From the human T2T-CHM13v2.0 reference genome, Homo sapiens, in the NCBI RefSeq assembly GCF_009914755.1, contig NC_060927.1: 64,000 nucleotides of DNA. One strand, given 5' to 3'. Made by a program: the position numbers and the translations under genes. Below the pieces are notes generated by a model. The model did no database searches. It was not told the DNA's origin and was given only the letters and a program-made list of their open reading frames with translations. Of the stretch, positions 43,100-57,273 are shown in pieces. The first letter of the stretch is position 1. Each line of letters begins with the position of its first letter.

Positions 43100-43295
43100 T
43101 GCTTGTTCACATGGTGGACATGGGTTTCCAAGAGAGCATGTGGAAGCAGCTCAGATCTCTTGAGGCTCAGTCTCAATGCCTCTTCTGTCATATTCCATTG
43201 ATCAAAGCAAGTCACAAGGACAACCGAATGGGAGGAGCTGCAAAATAACATTGTGAAGGAAGGAGAGAGGAGAATTACTGCAAGCCATCTACACT
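43100..43295 (-). mobile_element. MLT1F/H-type LTR fragment
   Basis: GCTTGTTCACATGGTG..TCTCTTGAGGC..TTCCATTGATCAAAGCAAGTCACAAGG. Confidence 0.6.
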
Positions 43296-44339
43296 GAGCT
43301 AATTTTCATCCTGGGATCCTCAAGGAAAACAAGTGGTTAATATAATGTGGTGTTTTGGGCATGTGATGTTCTGTGTGTGACATTAGCTAGGAGGATGGGC
43401 AGGCCAAGAAAGTAGAGAAAACCGTGGACAAGGAATCAAAACTTACCAGTTGCTTGGCCTTAGACAAAACACTTGGACTGTTAGAAGCTCAATTTTTTTG
43501 TCCTAAGGTTCCAAAAACCTTTATTAACCCTGTTCTATTCTAGGCACTAGAGCCATAGATAGAAAAAAATGAATGATTCTTGTGAGTTTTTCTGTGTGTC
43601 TATCAGTGATTTTGGGAGTGACAGTTGTTAATTCCAGCCAGTTTTGGCAATAAAGGGTTATCTTGTTTAAAAGACACTGGTACCTTGCTTGCTGTTCAGG
43701 TCAGCTTTGAGCCTGGCTTACTGGACCACTGTTTTGTTGAGGGAGCTCTGAGTAATGGCAGACCAACATTTCTGTCTTACACTCTGAGGCAGGCATTTCC
43801 CCATGGGAAATCTTCTCTTGTTACCTTAACTTTTGAATTGCTCGACCCCTTTGGGGGTTGGTAAAGTCTTCAAGTGCATCTATATTCTGCTCACTTGTCC
43901 TGGTTGATTTTCAACTTTGTTTTCCAGCTGTGAAAAACATATGTATGTATGGCAGTAATTGGGAATTTAATAATTTTTGATGTTTCTTGTGGTGTTTGGG
44001 AAATCCACTGAGAAGGATATATATTTTTTCAGTGTTTCCCCTTTCTGTGCTAAAACTCTGCTAAAACTATTCATGAATTTTATTTTCTCCCTCTCCCCTC
44101 CCCTCCTCTCCCCTCCCCTCCTTTTCTTTCCTTTCCTTTCCTTCCTAGCACAAGGCAGGCTAACTTTGAAGTTAGGTTTCCTTTTTGGAGGGTACGTGTA
44201 TTGGTTCCTTATTTTCTCCTTTTGTTTTCATTTTTATAGTGTTCTTTATTAGTTTTTCCAAGTCATTTTAGAAATAAAAAAAGAAACGTAGAACCACCAC
44301 CGTAACAACAAAACACCACAGTCAGAGATTCAAACGATC

Positions 44340-44850
44340 TGAGAATTTTCCTCTTCTCTTTTCTCTTCTCCCTTGGGAACCTATGCACCTCCACAGATTC
44401 ATGTACTATTCATGAACAGGTGATTCACACATCAGCATATCCACATATCCAACACTAACATGGACTCCAGTCCCAGAGTTTCCCTCTTGTCTTTATGCAT
44501 CAATATGATCCAAACCAAGGCTGTCATCTTTGTTCTGAAATCACCTTCTCCTCCTGGAAGTCATTGTTTCTGTTATTTCTTCCTCAAGTGGTCATTTTCA
44601 ATGTTTCTTCCCTCAGTTCACCTCAGTAGCATTTCCACCATTCTTTTCCCACTGTCTAAACCCTCATCCATGGCTGTTTATTTCAGCATTTTAACTTTTC
44701 TCCACTCTTTCACCAGCACCACACACTCACATTGTTGAAGATAGTCATTGGTGAACCTGACTTTATCATTTTGTATTTTTTATGGTGACTAGCACAGTGC
44801 CCATATTAAATGGACCTTCAATACACATATATTGAGTTAAAATGAATTAA
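44340..44850 (+). mobile_element. L2 fragment(s)
   Basis: GGTGATTCACACATC..TGATCCAAACCAAGGCTGTCATCTTTG..GACTAGCACAGTGCCC..TCAATACACATATTGAG. Confidence 0.55.
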
Positions 44851-45081
44851 TCTTTTAATTACATGCAAAATCAAATAATATTGTCACAAATTTGGAAAAT
44901 AGAAGAAAGAAACAGAAAACACTCATAAATCTATCATCCCAGCACACTGTTCCAATGACTGATATATTCTTTCAGTTTCCTCCACCCCCATCTTTATATG
45001 TGGTTTTCAAAGTTGTCATTGTTACTCCAGTGGTCCACATACAGCACACAGAGAGTTTCTCAGCCCTGATACTAAAGTCTA

Positions 45082-45434
45082 CACAATAGCAATTAATGTG
45101 GCTCATCAAATATTTCCAGCTGTCTGCCTTCTTGGCACATGGCAGGATTGTACTTCCATCCTTGTGGTTAAGCAAGGTTATGTGATCAGTTTTGGCCAAT
45201 AAATTAATTGCTGGTATGAGATTGCTCCATCACCCCCTACCCAGGAACATTCTTTCAGATAGTGGCTATTCCATCAATGGTGGTCCTAGAGTGAGATAAT
45301 GATCTGGAGGAACCCCCAGGAGACCCATGATGGACATGAAGTGGGAGTGAGAAATAAAGCTTTGTTATTTTAAGTCACTAAACTTTTGAGCTTATCTGTT
45401 ATTGCAGCAACACCTTATCTCAATCTGACATATA
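45082..45434 (+). mobile_element. MLT1I-type solo LTR
   Basis: CAAATATTTCCAGCTGTCTGCCTTCTTGGCACATGGCAGGATTGTACTTCC..GACCCATGATGGACATG..GAGTGAGAAATAAAGCTTTGTTATTTTAAGTCACT. Confidence 0.8.
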
Positions 45435-45439
45435 GTTCA

Positions 45440-45610
45440 CACCATCTGGGAGCTAGAGAAAACCTGAGAGATTTTCTGGTTTAATGCCATCATTTTATAG
45501 ATAGAGAAATTGAGGCTCAGAGAAGCAAAATGATCTGTTACACAGAAAGTCAATGTTGGCACTGGTTGGAGCCCAGATCTGCTGTCTGCCTGAATATTTT
45601 TCCTGTTCAG
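45440..45610 (-). mobile_element. MIR
   Basis: CATTTTATAGATAGAGAAATTGAGGCTCAGAGAAG. Confidence 0.7.
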
Positions 45611-47222
45611 CAGGATTCTGGGCCCTGCATGAGGCCAGCCTCAAGTGATGCTGCCCTGATTTTCCTCCGCTTTGTGGTAGCAGTTCTACTGCAAACTATG
45701 TAGGGATCAGCTGTCCCTGGGGTCTGGGTCACTGGCCTGCTCTAATTTTATACCTTGACAGATCATTTGCAAGTGCCCCGGGGTCCACTTTTGGAACCCT
45801 CCACAAAATGCCATGACGCAGGTGCCCATGTCAGCACTACAGCAGTTAGAAAAATGCTTCCTTTTGCAGATGGTAGCTTTGAATTGTATGCAATGGCATC
45901 TCTGTACAAGTGAAAGTTCAACAATTCGACTTCGGAATTATCTGATGGTGATGAAATTCTCAAATTCAAAGGTATGAAGATAATTAGGACTCTTGTTAAT
46001 CATTCTGCATCTCTTTTCCCACCCCCACCCCGCAGCAATGAGATTCACACAGATTAATTACTGCCTGCTATAAATAAACGCAGAGAAAAGCAATCTGCAT
46101 AGGAGAGGCAGAGAGTAACTGTCATTTAATATATCACAGCTTTCCGCACACCTGTTTCCCCCTTGCTGTTGCCACGGAAACCACACTTTATAGGAGAAGC
46201 TATGCATAATTAGCATGGATGGAGGTCTATATCAATCAGAATAATTTGGAAGAATACTAAAAGCCCAAAGGAGCAGGCAAAACTACTTGTCTCAGTAGGA
46301 AGGAATCAGACCTCCACTGTGTAGTAAATGAGGAGGCAGTTACAGTAGAAAATCAGCAAAATTAGCACTTCTGGGTCAGCTGAAAAACAGGCAGACAGCC
46401 TTACTCCACTAGAGAGAAAGAAAACTTTGTCATCGAGTTAGGTTCTATTTCTTTTAAGTGCTATTTAGAGTCACACAAAGGAAATACAAAGCCAAACAAA
46501 CACATAAGTATATTTTGAGGTGATGCGACTCCGATGACAGGACCTGTACTTCTGAAGGGCAGGCTCTGCACATCTGGGGAGCCCCTGCTGCAATATTAGG
46601 CAGTGAGGCTGGGGCTCCAAGACTCCAGCTACGGGAGGGGCTGCTGAGTGTGGGCTTCCTTTAGGGAACAGTGAGTGGCTTTCAATCAAGGTATGGGATT
46701 TTATGAGTCGCTGGAATCATTAGGTTTTTGTTGGTGGTGGTGTTTGTTTTTTTTAAGTGACGGAAGGGAATTTGGAAACAATCTAGTTCAAATACCCTAG
46801 TTCTAAGAGGAGAAATGGGAATCACAGGAGATGCAACTTGCCCAAGGTTTCAAGGCCAAATGGTGGCCTATCTTGAACCAGGACTCAGCTCTCTGGTTTT
46901 CATTTAGTACCATTTGCCGAGGCCACGGATCTGACCACCACTGAGTTGGTCATCCTGGCCAGAAATTCTTAGATTTTTTATTACAGAGGGAAGGAAACTG
47001 AGTACCTGGCATAATAAGTCATTCAGATGTTAGCTTTTCTAGTCTCAGACAATTTCCCCTTTTGTGTAGACATGCAAATTCATTTCTTTATTGAATCATT
47101 CATGCAGCAAACATTCATTAAGTAAAATGAAATATTATATTCTTTGAGGTAACACAGAAAACTTTCTGTAAACTCTAAATTTTCAGAGTTGAGATTAGAT
47201 TACTGTTTATATTAATTAATAT

Positions 47223-47520
47223 ACATCCATTCATTCATTCAACATTTATGTATTGACTGCCTACTATAAATAACTCTATTCTAGGTGCTACAATACAGCT
47301 GTGAATAAGGCATGAAGATCTGTGGCTCATGGAACTTGCATTCTAGTGGGCAGAGAAAGATCTTAAATGGAAAAACAAATTAATAAGATAATTTTAGATG
47401 GTAGATAAGGTCAGTGAAGAAAATAAAGCAGGGTAATGGGCTAGGGTTAGGAGTGTGGATCTTATCCTAATTGTAATGAGCAGCAATCAGAGGGTTTTAA
47501 GCAGGAGAGTGATGTGATTG
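47223..47520 (-). mobile_element. L2a 3' end
   Basis: CATTCATTCATTCAACATTTATGTATTGACTGCCTACTA..CTAGGTGCT..CTCATGGAACTTGCATTCTAGTGGG. Confidence 0.85.
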
Positions 47521-47769
47521 AAATAGTTCCATGTCTTGTTCTCCAAGCAGGATTTGAGGTCACTGGTCTGGGGGATTGTAGCTACCTATCAGTCTCAGGC
47601 CAGTAGAGACCATGGGCCTGTGCCCAGAAGCTCACTGTTGCCTTTACAGCAGTCCTGGGGAATGATGGTAAAGGAAGCATAGCTTGGGTATATGTCTTCC
47701 CTTTCCTCTTTCACCTTTTCTTCGTTGCTCATTCTATACTTTGTCTCTTCATGAGCCTGCTAATAAGTA

Positions 47770-48050
47770 AAATAATAAAAGTGAGAATGATAACAGCAAT
47801 GAAAAGGCATAATAAACTTTTATAAAATGTTCCCTTACCATATGCCTGCTAGTGTGAATATTGCTGTGTGGTGTTTAACTCATTAACTCTTCAAAATGTA
47901 GAAACTATCATTAAGTTGATTTTACAGGTGAGAAAGCTAAGGGGGAGATTAAGTAGTTTTTCCAAGGCCAACTACCTAATTTAATGGTGGTGCTAGGGTT
48001 TGAAAAAAAAAGCTATCTGTCCTTAGAATCTATGTTGTTAACCTCTCTGA
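47770..48050 (-). mobile_element. MIR
   Basis: ATTTTACAGGTGAGAAAGCTAAG..ATTAAGTAGTTTTCCAAGGCCA..GGGTTTGAA. Confidence 0.65.
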
Positions 48051-49481
48051 TAATTGGATCAGTCAGTAGTGTCAACATGTTAATAGAGAAGGTTTAAGTC
48101 CTTCAGCCCCCACAGTAAGAAAAGTGGGTAGAAGGAAAGCATAAACATTTTGTGTCTACTATGTGCAGAAAAATATGTAAGGCACAATCATCCCCTTTGG
48201 TCTTCATAACTGCCACTTCAAATTATCTCAGGAATTAATAAATCTTGCAACAATGCTGAAAGGTAGGTATCATGTACCCCATCTTTAAGATTAAAAAACA
48301 GAGGTTCAAAGATGTGAAATAACTTGAATAGGAGCTGCCGAAGTTTGACCTTTGGCCTGTGGTACTCTAAGGAAAGCCATCACAGTGGAGGTTTAGGGCA
48401 GGCCTGCCTGGGAATTTGGGTGTGCCTTCGTGGGTGTCAAGGATGTCCTCGAGGCAGCCAGGCAGAGGACCTGGACTGACTGTAGCCCCTGGTCAATTGT
48501 CTTTGGCCATAGTAACTTCTTATGGGGGTCTTTAGTGGACCTGGGGTTTAGAGCATAGTGGGATCTGCATGCACATCTGCTAACCCCTGCAGGAAGCTCC
48601 ATGTTCATGCTGAGTGTGGCTGCAGGGCTCTATCTCATTCACCAGGTACACAAGAGAAGCTTCCTCCTACTTGGGGTGTCTAGCAAGCTCTGACTCAGGT
48701 TGCTTCTTTGAAGACTGTATTTGGTCCCTGCTGGCTCAACACAACCCTCAGGTTTTTGCCTCCACTTAGCCCCCTCAGTGATGGTGGATTTCCCAGGCAT
48801 CTTCCTGCCACCAGTGGGTCACTCCTTTGCTCCAAGATTCCATCTTTGCCAAGTGCACCAGCTGTTAGAATGACATCCTCTAAAACTAGTCCTGGCTAAG
48901 AAGCCGTGGTTAACATGCTCTTTAGCTGAAGGCTTTAAGCTATACCCTTACCCGTTTCAGAGCCTGCCTGAATTGAGCCCTGTTTGCCAAGCCTCCTTTC
49001 CCCACCCCTGCGCTCCATCTATCCAGCTTCAATTCCATCTTGACTCTTTATTGTTCTCTTTGTTTGGCGATTGACTTAGTATCCTTGCCCTTGAGCTGGC
49101 ACCCACACCCTAATTAATCCAGTCAGAGCCACTCCATCTCTCAAGCTTGCAAGCTGGGGATGGTTGGAAGACAGAGTTATCTAAGAAACTAAAAAAGACT
49201 GCTGTCAGCCCCAGTCAGTGTGGAGGACATGAAGATGCATCCTGGAGATCCTTGGTGTGGCTAAAAATGTTAAAATGACCCCTTGGTCCAGTTCCACCTC
49301 CAGGGAGCACAGATGAACAGCCTGTGCCTGAAAGCAGTTGCCCAATCACACTGGGCTTGTGAAGAAACCATCCAGTGCTCTTTCGCCACAACACGTGGCC
49401 AAGTGGGGCTCTGTCCAGTTGCATAGGCAGTGGAGTGCTGGGTGTCCCTTCATGGATAGCATCTGACACAACTTAGCTATC

Positions 49482-49948
49482 TGTATCAGTTAGCCCTTGC
49501 TGCATAACAGACCACTCCAAAATGTATTGGTTTAAAGTAACAGCCATTTATTTAGCTCAGTTTTATGGGGATGGTTCTTCTGGCCTAGCCTGGGCTTAAC
49601 GGGGTTTGCTCATGTGTCTGTGGTTAGCTGATGGGTCAGCTGGGGCCTGGCTGGTTCTGGTTCTGTATGACCTCACTTGCATACTGGGGAAAGTGGGGGG
49701 TCACTGGTGGTGTGTCTTTCATTCTCTAGTAGGCTAGCCTGGGCTTGTTCACATGGTGACAGGATCCAAGAGCAGTAAGAGAACACTCTTCAATGTGCAA
49801 GTGCTCTTCAAGTCTCTGCTGGAGTCACAATTGCTTCTGTTCCATCTGCTGAAAGAAGTCACATGGCTAAGCCCAGAATCAGTATGGCAGGGCACCAAGA
49901 AAGGAATCTATGAAAAAACTGGACATTTATTGCAATTAATCCACCACA
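49482..49948 (-). mobile_element. MLT1G/H-type solo LTR
   Basis: TGTATCAGTTAGCCCTTGCTGCATAACAGACCACTCCAAAA..GGCTAGCCTGGGCTTGTTCACATGG..AAGTCACATGGCTAAGCCCAGA..CCACCACA. Confidence 0.8.
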
Positions 49949-50282
49949 CCATAATTTCAATTCATGCTTGCAAAGAAGGATTGACCCAGGAGGCAGTGAA
50001 TACTCCACTCTGGGTCAAGAAGTCTAGTAGAAGGAATCCAAGCAAGTACCTAGTTCTGGCTAATGTAGATTACTTTAAAGTCTTTCCCAAAACTTGTAAA
50101 TTGATCCCTGATTTTGGGTACTTTGGGCATTGCTTTGGAGGTTGTCCTGTAAATACTATTATTCTCGCTACTTCTTCTGGGTTAGTTTATTCCTTCTAGA
50201 AGGTGTCCTCTTAATACTGCTTGTGTTTAGAAGCCAATCACTTCTCTAAGCAGACCTCATCTCTTCCAGATTTAAAATTTAT

Positions 50283-50478
50283 AGCCTAGGCAATGTAAGG
50301 AGACCTTATCTCTACAATAAAAACTTTTAAAAATTATCTGGGTGCGGTGGCTTGCGCCTGTGGTCCCAGCAACTACTCAGGAGGCTGAGGATGGAGGATC
50401 ACTTGAGCCTGTGATCGCAGTGACCTGTGATCAGGCCACTACACTGGGCCACAGAGCAAGACCTGGTCTCAAAAAAAA
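50283..50478 (+). mobile_element. Truncated AluJ
   Basis: AGCCTAGGCAATGTAAGGAGACC..GAGGCTGAGGATGGAGGATCACTTGAGCC..CAGAGCAAGACCTGGTCTCAAAAAAAA. Confidence 0.85.
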
Positions 50479-51240
50479 TTATCCACTGTCTTTTTCTTTT
50501 ACATTAAATGGAGTATTTATCAAAAATGATGATGACGTGATCCAGAATGAAGCAGGGTAAAGAGTTTTCTCTACAATGTGTATATTGGTATTGTGCTGGG
50601 CTTGCTAATCTTACTGTTTAGGCATACTTTCTTTGGAAAAATAATTATTCCAGCCTTGGAACTGGCATGGATATTTTCCTATGGATGCCAACTTCAATGG
50701 TATTTTTGTAGTAATAAAGCGTATCTCGAACCCAAGCATTCTTCTTTATTCCAGGACCTTATCAATGGTTATTTTGGCCAAGCACAAAATATTGATTTTC
50801 TGTTGATTTTTTTTGGCTTTTATATTGATTATATATTTGTGCTGTTGTACTGAATATGGTTACTTATATATATATGTACATGAATAAAATATGTTTAATA
50901 AGCATGCATAAAATGTACGAACTTGAAAACTGTTCCTTGGTGGAACATTATAGCTTTAGTTGAGCTATCTAAGTGACTTCCAAAAGAAATCATTAGCTAC
51001 AGTCCAGTGTATTTTGTTCCTGCATAAGAGGTCAGGCTACACTCAACAATGATTCCCAGTTTTTTTGTTGTTATTCTAGAAGTCTCCTGAGAATTCTAAT
51101 AACTTTTGTGTATAGAACAGAAAAAATTAAAAACCAAAACCAAAAACAGTTGTTGGGCTGGTACCCAGAGGGGCAGACAAGCTTTTTGATTCTGTTACAT
51201 CATTATGGTAGAGGACATTTAAAATGAGAAAATATGGTAC

Positions 51241-52065
<825 letters not shown>

Positions 52066-52283
52066 CATAGGATCACAGCAAGTGAGCTTCTTGAGAGAAG
52101 GGTTTATTTCTGATTCTGTAATTATTATGAGTTGTTAGCACACAATAGGTGTTTATTATTAAATGCCTATTAAATTTGTGAGTACAGGTGATTTGTTTGG
52201 TTTCCTGGGTTGGGCATCTTTCTGGTGGCACAGTTAGATGGATGGCCATTTTCCTCACAAACCACGAGATTTGGAATGGATTC

Positions 52284-53093
52284 TGTGGCAGAGATACCAG
52301 TTGTTCCACCTTCCTTAGTTCTGCAATCCTTAGTTTTTAGCTGGATATATGGCTTCCTGCGATAAAGACCAATCTTTCATGGCTGTCTATATGACTAAGC
52401 TCTGGCCAATGGGATGTAAATAGAAGGGAGAGGGAATGCTCTTTTTTCTCCCACTAATTCCTGCTAGCTGGAATGCAGATGTGCTGGCTGGGAATAGTGC
52501 AGTCATCTTAAAAATAGGACAGAAACCATGTGCTGCAGGTGCCATCAGTAGCAAGTTTAAAGATCTTGCATCCCTGATGCCTTTGTAAAACTTTCTGTGG
52601 CTAGTGTTCTTAATTATAATATTTACCCCTTCTTTCCTATAGGAGAATCATTCATTCTTATCATTGCCATGTAATTAGTGATGCCTCTCCATAGAATATC
52701 TCACTCTATTTTTAGGCTTAGCCATGTGACTTGTTTTTGGCCAATGAGATGTAAGCAAAAGTGACATATGCCACACCCAGTCAAAAGCTGTAAAAGCCAC
52801 TGCACATTTTCCCGACCCTCTTGTTCTTTCTCTGTGTCACAAGAACAGCATGTCCCAAAGCAGAGTTGATCCTTCAGCCTGGGTGCTGGAAGAAGAAAAC
52901 ACATGGAGCAGAGTTATATCCACCCACCTACTACCATGTAGTCAGAAATAAATATTTATGGTTGTAAGATTCAGAGGTTGGGCATCTGCCTACTTTTGGA
53001 TTTTTTTTATATGACAGGAAATGAACATCCTTTTTGTTTGAGACATTAATCTGATTTCTGTCACTCATGGCTAAATTGAGTTGCAACTAATTC
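52284..53093 (+). mobile_element. MLT1J-type LTR with a nested MLT1J2/I-type LTR (~52596-52985)
   Basis: Two separate GGCCAATG(G/A)GATGTAA motifs and two TGTGGC LTR starts in the same orientation. Confidence 0.65.
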
Positions 53094-53129
53094 TGCCTTT
53101 TATCTCATTCAGAGTAAGAATGATGTAAC

Positions 53130-53765
53130 CATTCACTCAACTGACACATATTTCCTGAGCATGTAGGTCAAGACTGGCACTATGCTAGGCACTGGGGATG
53201 CAATTGGGATAAAAAGGGACCTATTCCTTGCCTTCATTATGCTAACAGTCTACTGAGGAACCCAGGTATGAAACAAATGAACACTCAAAGACAATCAAAG
53301 AAAATAGAAAGCTATTTTATAGGAAGCTATAAAACAGTATAATATGATTTCCTGTTTTAGATTGGGTAGTCAGGAAATATCTCTTTGTGCAAGTGGTATT
53401 TTAGTTGGCATCTAAAGGAAGAAAATGAATCTGCTAGATGAAGAGTAGAGGAGGATGGATGGCATAGGAAACAGGAGGTGCAAAGATCCTGAGGAAGAAA
53501 AGAATTGTGTATATTTGAGGGACTGAGAGAAGTCAGGATGGCCACAGTGTGAGTGAGCAGAGAGGAATACTGGCAGATGAGGCTGGAGGCCAGGTTGCAT
53601 GCAGCCTCACAGCCCATGCCAAATATTTTGGTCTTTGAGAGCACTGGGGAACTGTTGAACATAGCCCAAGATAATCCCATTTGTGATTAAAGATGATCAG
53701 TTGGTCAGCTGTGTGGAAAATAAATGGAAGGAGAACATATAACCCAGGGAGGCCAGTATAGGCAT
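53130..53765 (-). mobile_element. L2a 3' region
   Basis: CATTCACTCAAC..GGCACTATGCTAGGCACTGGGGATGCA..GTGCAAAGATCCTGAGG..TAAAGATGATCAGTTGGTCAGCTGTGTGGAAAAT. Confidence 0.85.
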
Positions 53766-54167
53766 ATATGGATGCATCTATTGTTTGACATTTTACATTT
53801 AGATCTTTAATCCACCTGGAATTAATTTTGCCTATAGTAGGGGTCAAGATTTATTTTCTCCCCCACATGGATATCCATTTGACCTAGCACTATATATTAA
53901 GATGTCTTTTTCCCACTGCTGTCCAACAGTTTTGTCATAAATCTGTTTCTAGACTATTTATTGTTGTATGTTTCCAGATTACTTATTTTGATCCATTTTC
54001 CTATTTTTCTATCATTACACAAATACCACTCTGTCTCCATTACTGTAGATTTACTATACATCTGAATCTAGTATATAAGTTCCCCATCTTTGTTTTTTTT
54101 CAAGCTGTCTTGTCTTTTTTGGCTTTTGTCTTTTCAAATAAATTTTAGAATCAGTTTGTCAATTTTA

Positions 54168-54230
54168 CATACATACACCCACCCACCCAAACACACACAC
54201 ACACACACACACATACACACACACACACAC
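54168..54230. repeat. Compound (CATA)(CACC)(CA)n microsatellite
   Basis: Direct repeats visible. Confidence 0.9.
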
Positions 54231-55370
54231 TTCTAATGAGATTTTTCATAAGGATTGTGTTAAACCACAAATTATTTGTGGGAAGATTAGGCTGTTTACA
54301 ATATTAAAAATTCACATCTATGAACATGGAATATATCTCCATTTATTTAGGCCTTCTTAAATTTATCTCAATGATAGTTTGGACTTTTCTGTTAAAACTT
54401 TCATACTTCTTTAGATTTATTCCTAGATACTTAATGTTTTCTGGTGTTATTGCAAATGGTTTTCTTTAAAAATGTTATTTTCCAATTGTTTGTTACTGGC
54501 ATTAATAAATGTAATTAATTTTTCAGTATTGATCTTTAGTAATCTTGCTAAATTCATTTACTAATTCTAAAGTTTATAGATTATTTTGAATTTTTTATGT
54601 ATACAATAATGATGTTATTTCTTTCCTTCTAATATTTATGCCTTTTATTCTTAGTGAGCTAATTAAAATTTCTAGTTTAATGCTAAGCAGAGATGGGGAT
54701 GGCCTTCTTCCCAGACTCAGAATGAAGAGTGTTATCTTCTAAAAAATGTATTTGATAAGTCAAACCTAGGATCTTATTTTAAATTGAATTTTTTTGATTA
54801 TTAGTTATAGGAAATTTTTTCATGTGTTTATTGCACATTAAGTTGCTAGTTCATATTATTTGTTCATCTTTTAATTGACAGACATCTTTTAAAAGTTGAA
54901 ATTTAAGAACTCATATTATGAATCATTTCTCTCATATATAACGATATTTTTCATTTTCCCTTTAATTTTCTATATGCTGTATAAAAAATCATTTTGTTAT
55001 GGGAAATAAAGAACAGACATTAAATAGAATACTACAATGAACCTCATGAATCTATCAGCTTCAACTATTATCTAAATTGTATTTATGGAATTTTTTGATT
55101 TATGAAATTTGTACATTTTTGTATGGCCAAGTATTTTAATTTCATTTTCTACTTTGTGAGGTCTTTTGACATAAAAATTTGAATTTTGATGTTGCTTATA
55201 CATATTAATTTTTTCCTTTCTGTTCTGACTTTTTAATGTCTTATTTAAGATGTCTTTTCATATTGCAAAGTAACAGAGATATTTATGTTATCTTCTAAAA
55301 GATTTTCATCTGAGATTGAAAGAAATGTGTGTTCTCTAGGTTTTGTGACCAGTGTCTTGTATCCATTTGA

Positions 55371-55736
<366 letters not shown>

Positions 55737-56555
55737 CATAGCTATAGTATTTCTATATCTGTATCTTCTGTATATTTTACTAACTTTTTTGGCTGCTTGA
55801 TTTATCACTTTCTGAGAACAGAAAAGTACGACTGGTTAAAGAGGCAACAATAATGTGCATGCAAGTCTCCATTTATGTTATTCAGTTTTACTTTTTTTCT
55901 TCAAGTCTGCAATCCCTGCTGACTAGGCCTAGAAGTGTAATTTATAGCAAAGTGCTCAAAAGTCCACCATAGCATAAATAAGATATGTGGTGAAGGTGTT
56001 ACAGTGTAAAACCTGGACTTGTTTTCCAGTAACCCTAGAGGACTATACATATTAAGAAGTAAATCAGAAATATCCAATTACACAGAAAGAATCTGAGAGG
56101 CATAAGGAGTGAAGCAGTGATAGAACAGTGTGGACCTAATACTGCCAGGAAGCCCTCAGCAGGCCACCCCACACATTTGCTTTATTTACTGGAAATCTTA
56201 CAGTATTTTACCCCACAAAACATCCTCAGCATCCAAAGGACTATTAAAAACAATCTAGAATGTCTATTCCAAAAGGTTGCCAGGAAACTGTGTTTCCCCT
56301 GGGGTGTTATTTAACATATTGTATTTGTGCATGAAATTGAGGACTTGGAATTTTGACAGTTTGATCTTTTGATGAAAATGGTTGCCCTGAAGAGAGACAA
56401 GTGCATTGAAACACCAATGAAAATAAAGTTGCTTGGAGGTGTTACTCTTGCCTTGGAAGGATATTCCTCATTCATTAGTTATGCATTCATTCTATTTTCT
56501 ACTCATTCATTCAGTCATTATGGAGCACCCATGATGTGACAGGTACTGGGCTGGC

Positions 56556-56750
56556 ACTGTTGTGTTATAATTGTTTAACAACCATCTTTACAAATAAAAT
56601 AGCCCTGACTGGAACCATTTGCCAATTTCTGTGGTGTAAATACTCATGGTTGATTTCAAGCTATCAACATTGTGACATTGAAAGTAGAGTTGGGAAGAGA
56701 TGCTAGCAATTAACTTGTGCAAGCTCCTCTGAGACAGCTCCAGGATAGTC
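56556..56750. mobile_element. MER63 hAT-Blackjack DNA transposon inserted in an L2 tail
   Basis: TGTTTAACAACC..TTTGCCAATTTCTGTGGTGTAAATACTC..GATTTCAAGCTATCAAC..GAGTTGGGAAGAGATGC. Confidence 0.8.
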
Positions 56751-56813
56751 CTCTGTGCTAGGCACTGTAGATGAAGAGCTCCAGGATAGTCCTCTGTGCT
56801 AGGCACTGTAGAT
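56736..56813. repeat. Perfect 37-bp direct duplication (period 41)
   Basis: AGCTCCAGGATAGTCCTCTGTGCTAGGCACTGTAGAT at 56736-56772 and 56777-56813. Confidence 0.95.
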
Positions 56814-57138
56814 AAACAGTGACCAAGACATAAAGCTTGAGAGAAGATGTAATGTTTAAGTAGGAGTTAGCTAGGCAAAGGTAGCTGTGGAGTAGGGTGG
56901 TGAAGGAGGAAGAAGTTCAGGGAGAAGAGCAGCTTGTGCAAAGGTCCTGTGACCACAGCAAAGATAAAAATGAGAGAGGTAATCTGATGAGAAGATTAAG
57001 TGTAGTTTTTCTCCATGGTGTTCTGAGACCTCAGGGAAGGATTTTTTTTTGGCGTGCTAGGGAGGGAGAGGAGTGTGGAGACGTGTAACTAGAAAGAATG
57101 TGTAGGTTTCCAATTGGCTTGTTATGACTTAGCTTTAC

Positions 57139-57273
57139 CAGTGGTTCTCAAACTTTAAGTGCATCAGAGTCACCTCAAGGGCTTTTTAAAACACAGATTA
57201 CTGGGACCAACCACGTAGGTAAGAGGTGTTGCTCCTGCTGCACTGGGGACCACACTCACCTTGAGAATCACTG
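57139..57273. mobile_element. MER5A hAT-Charlie DNA transposon
   Basis: TIRs CAGTGGTTCTCAA / TTGAGAATCACTG; GCATCAGAGTCACCT..TAAAACACAGATTACTGGG. Confidence 0.85.
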
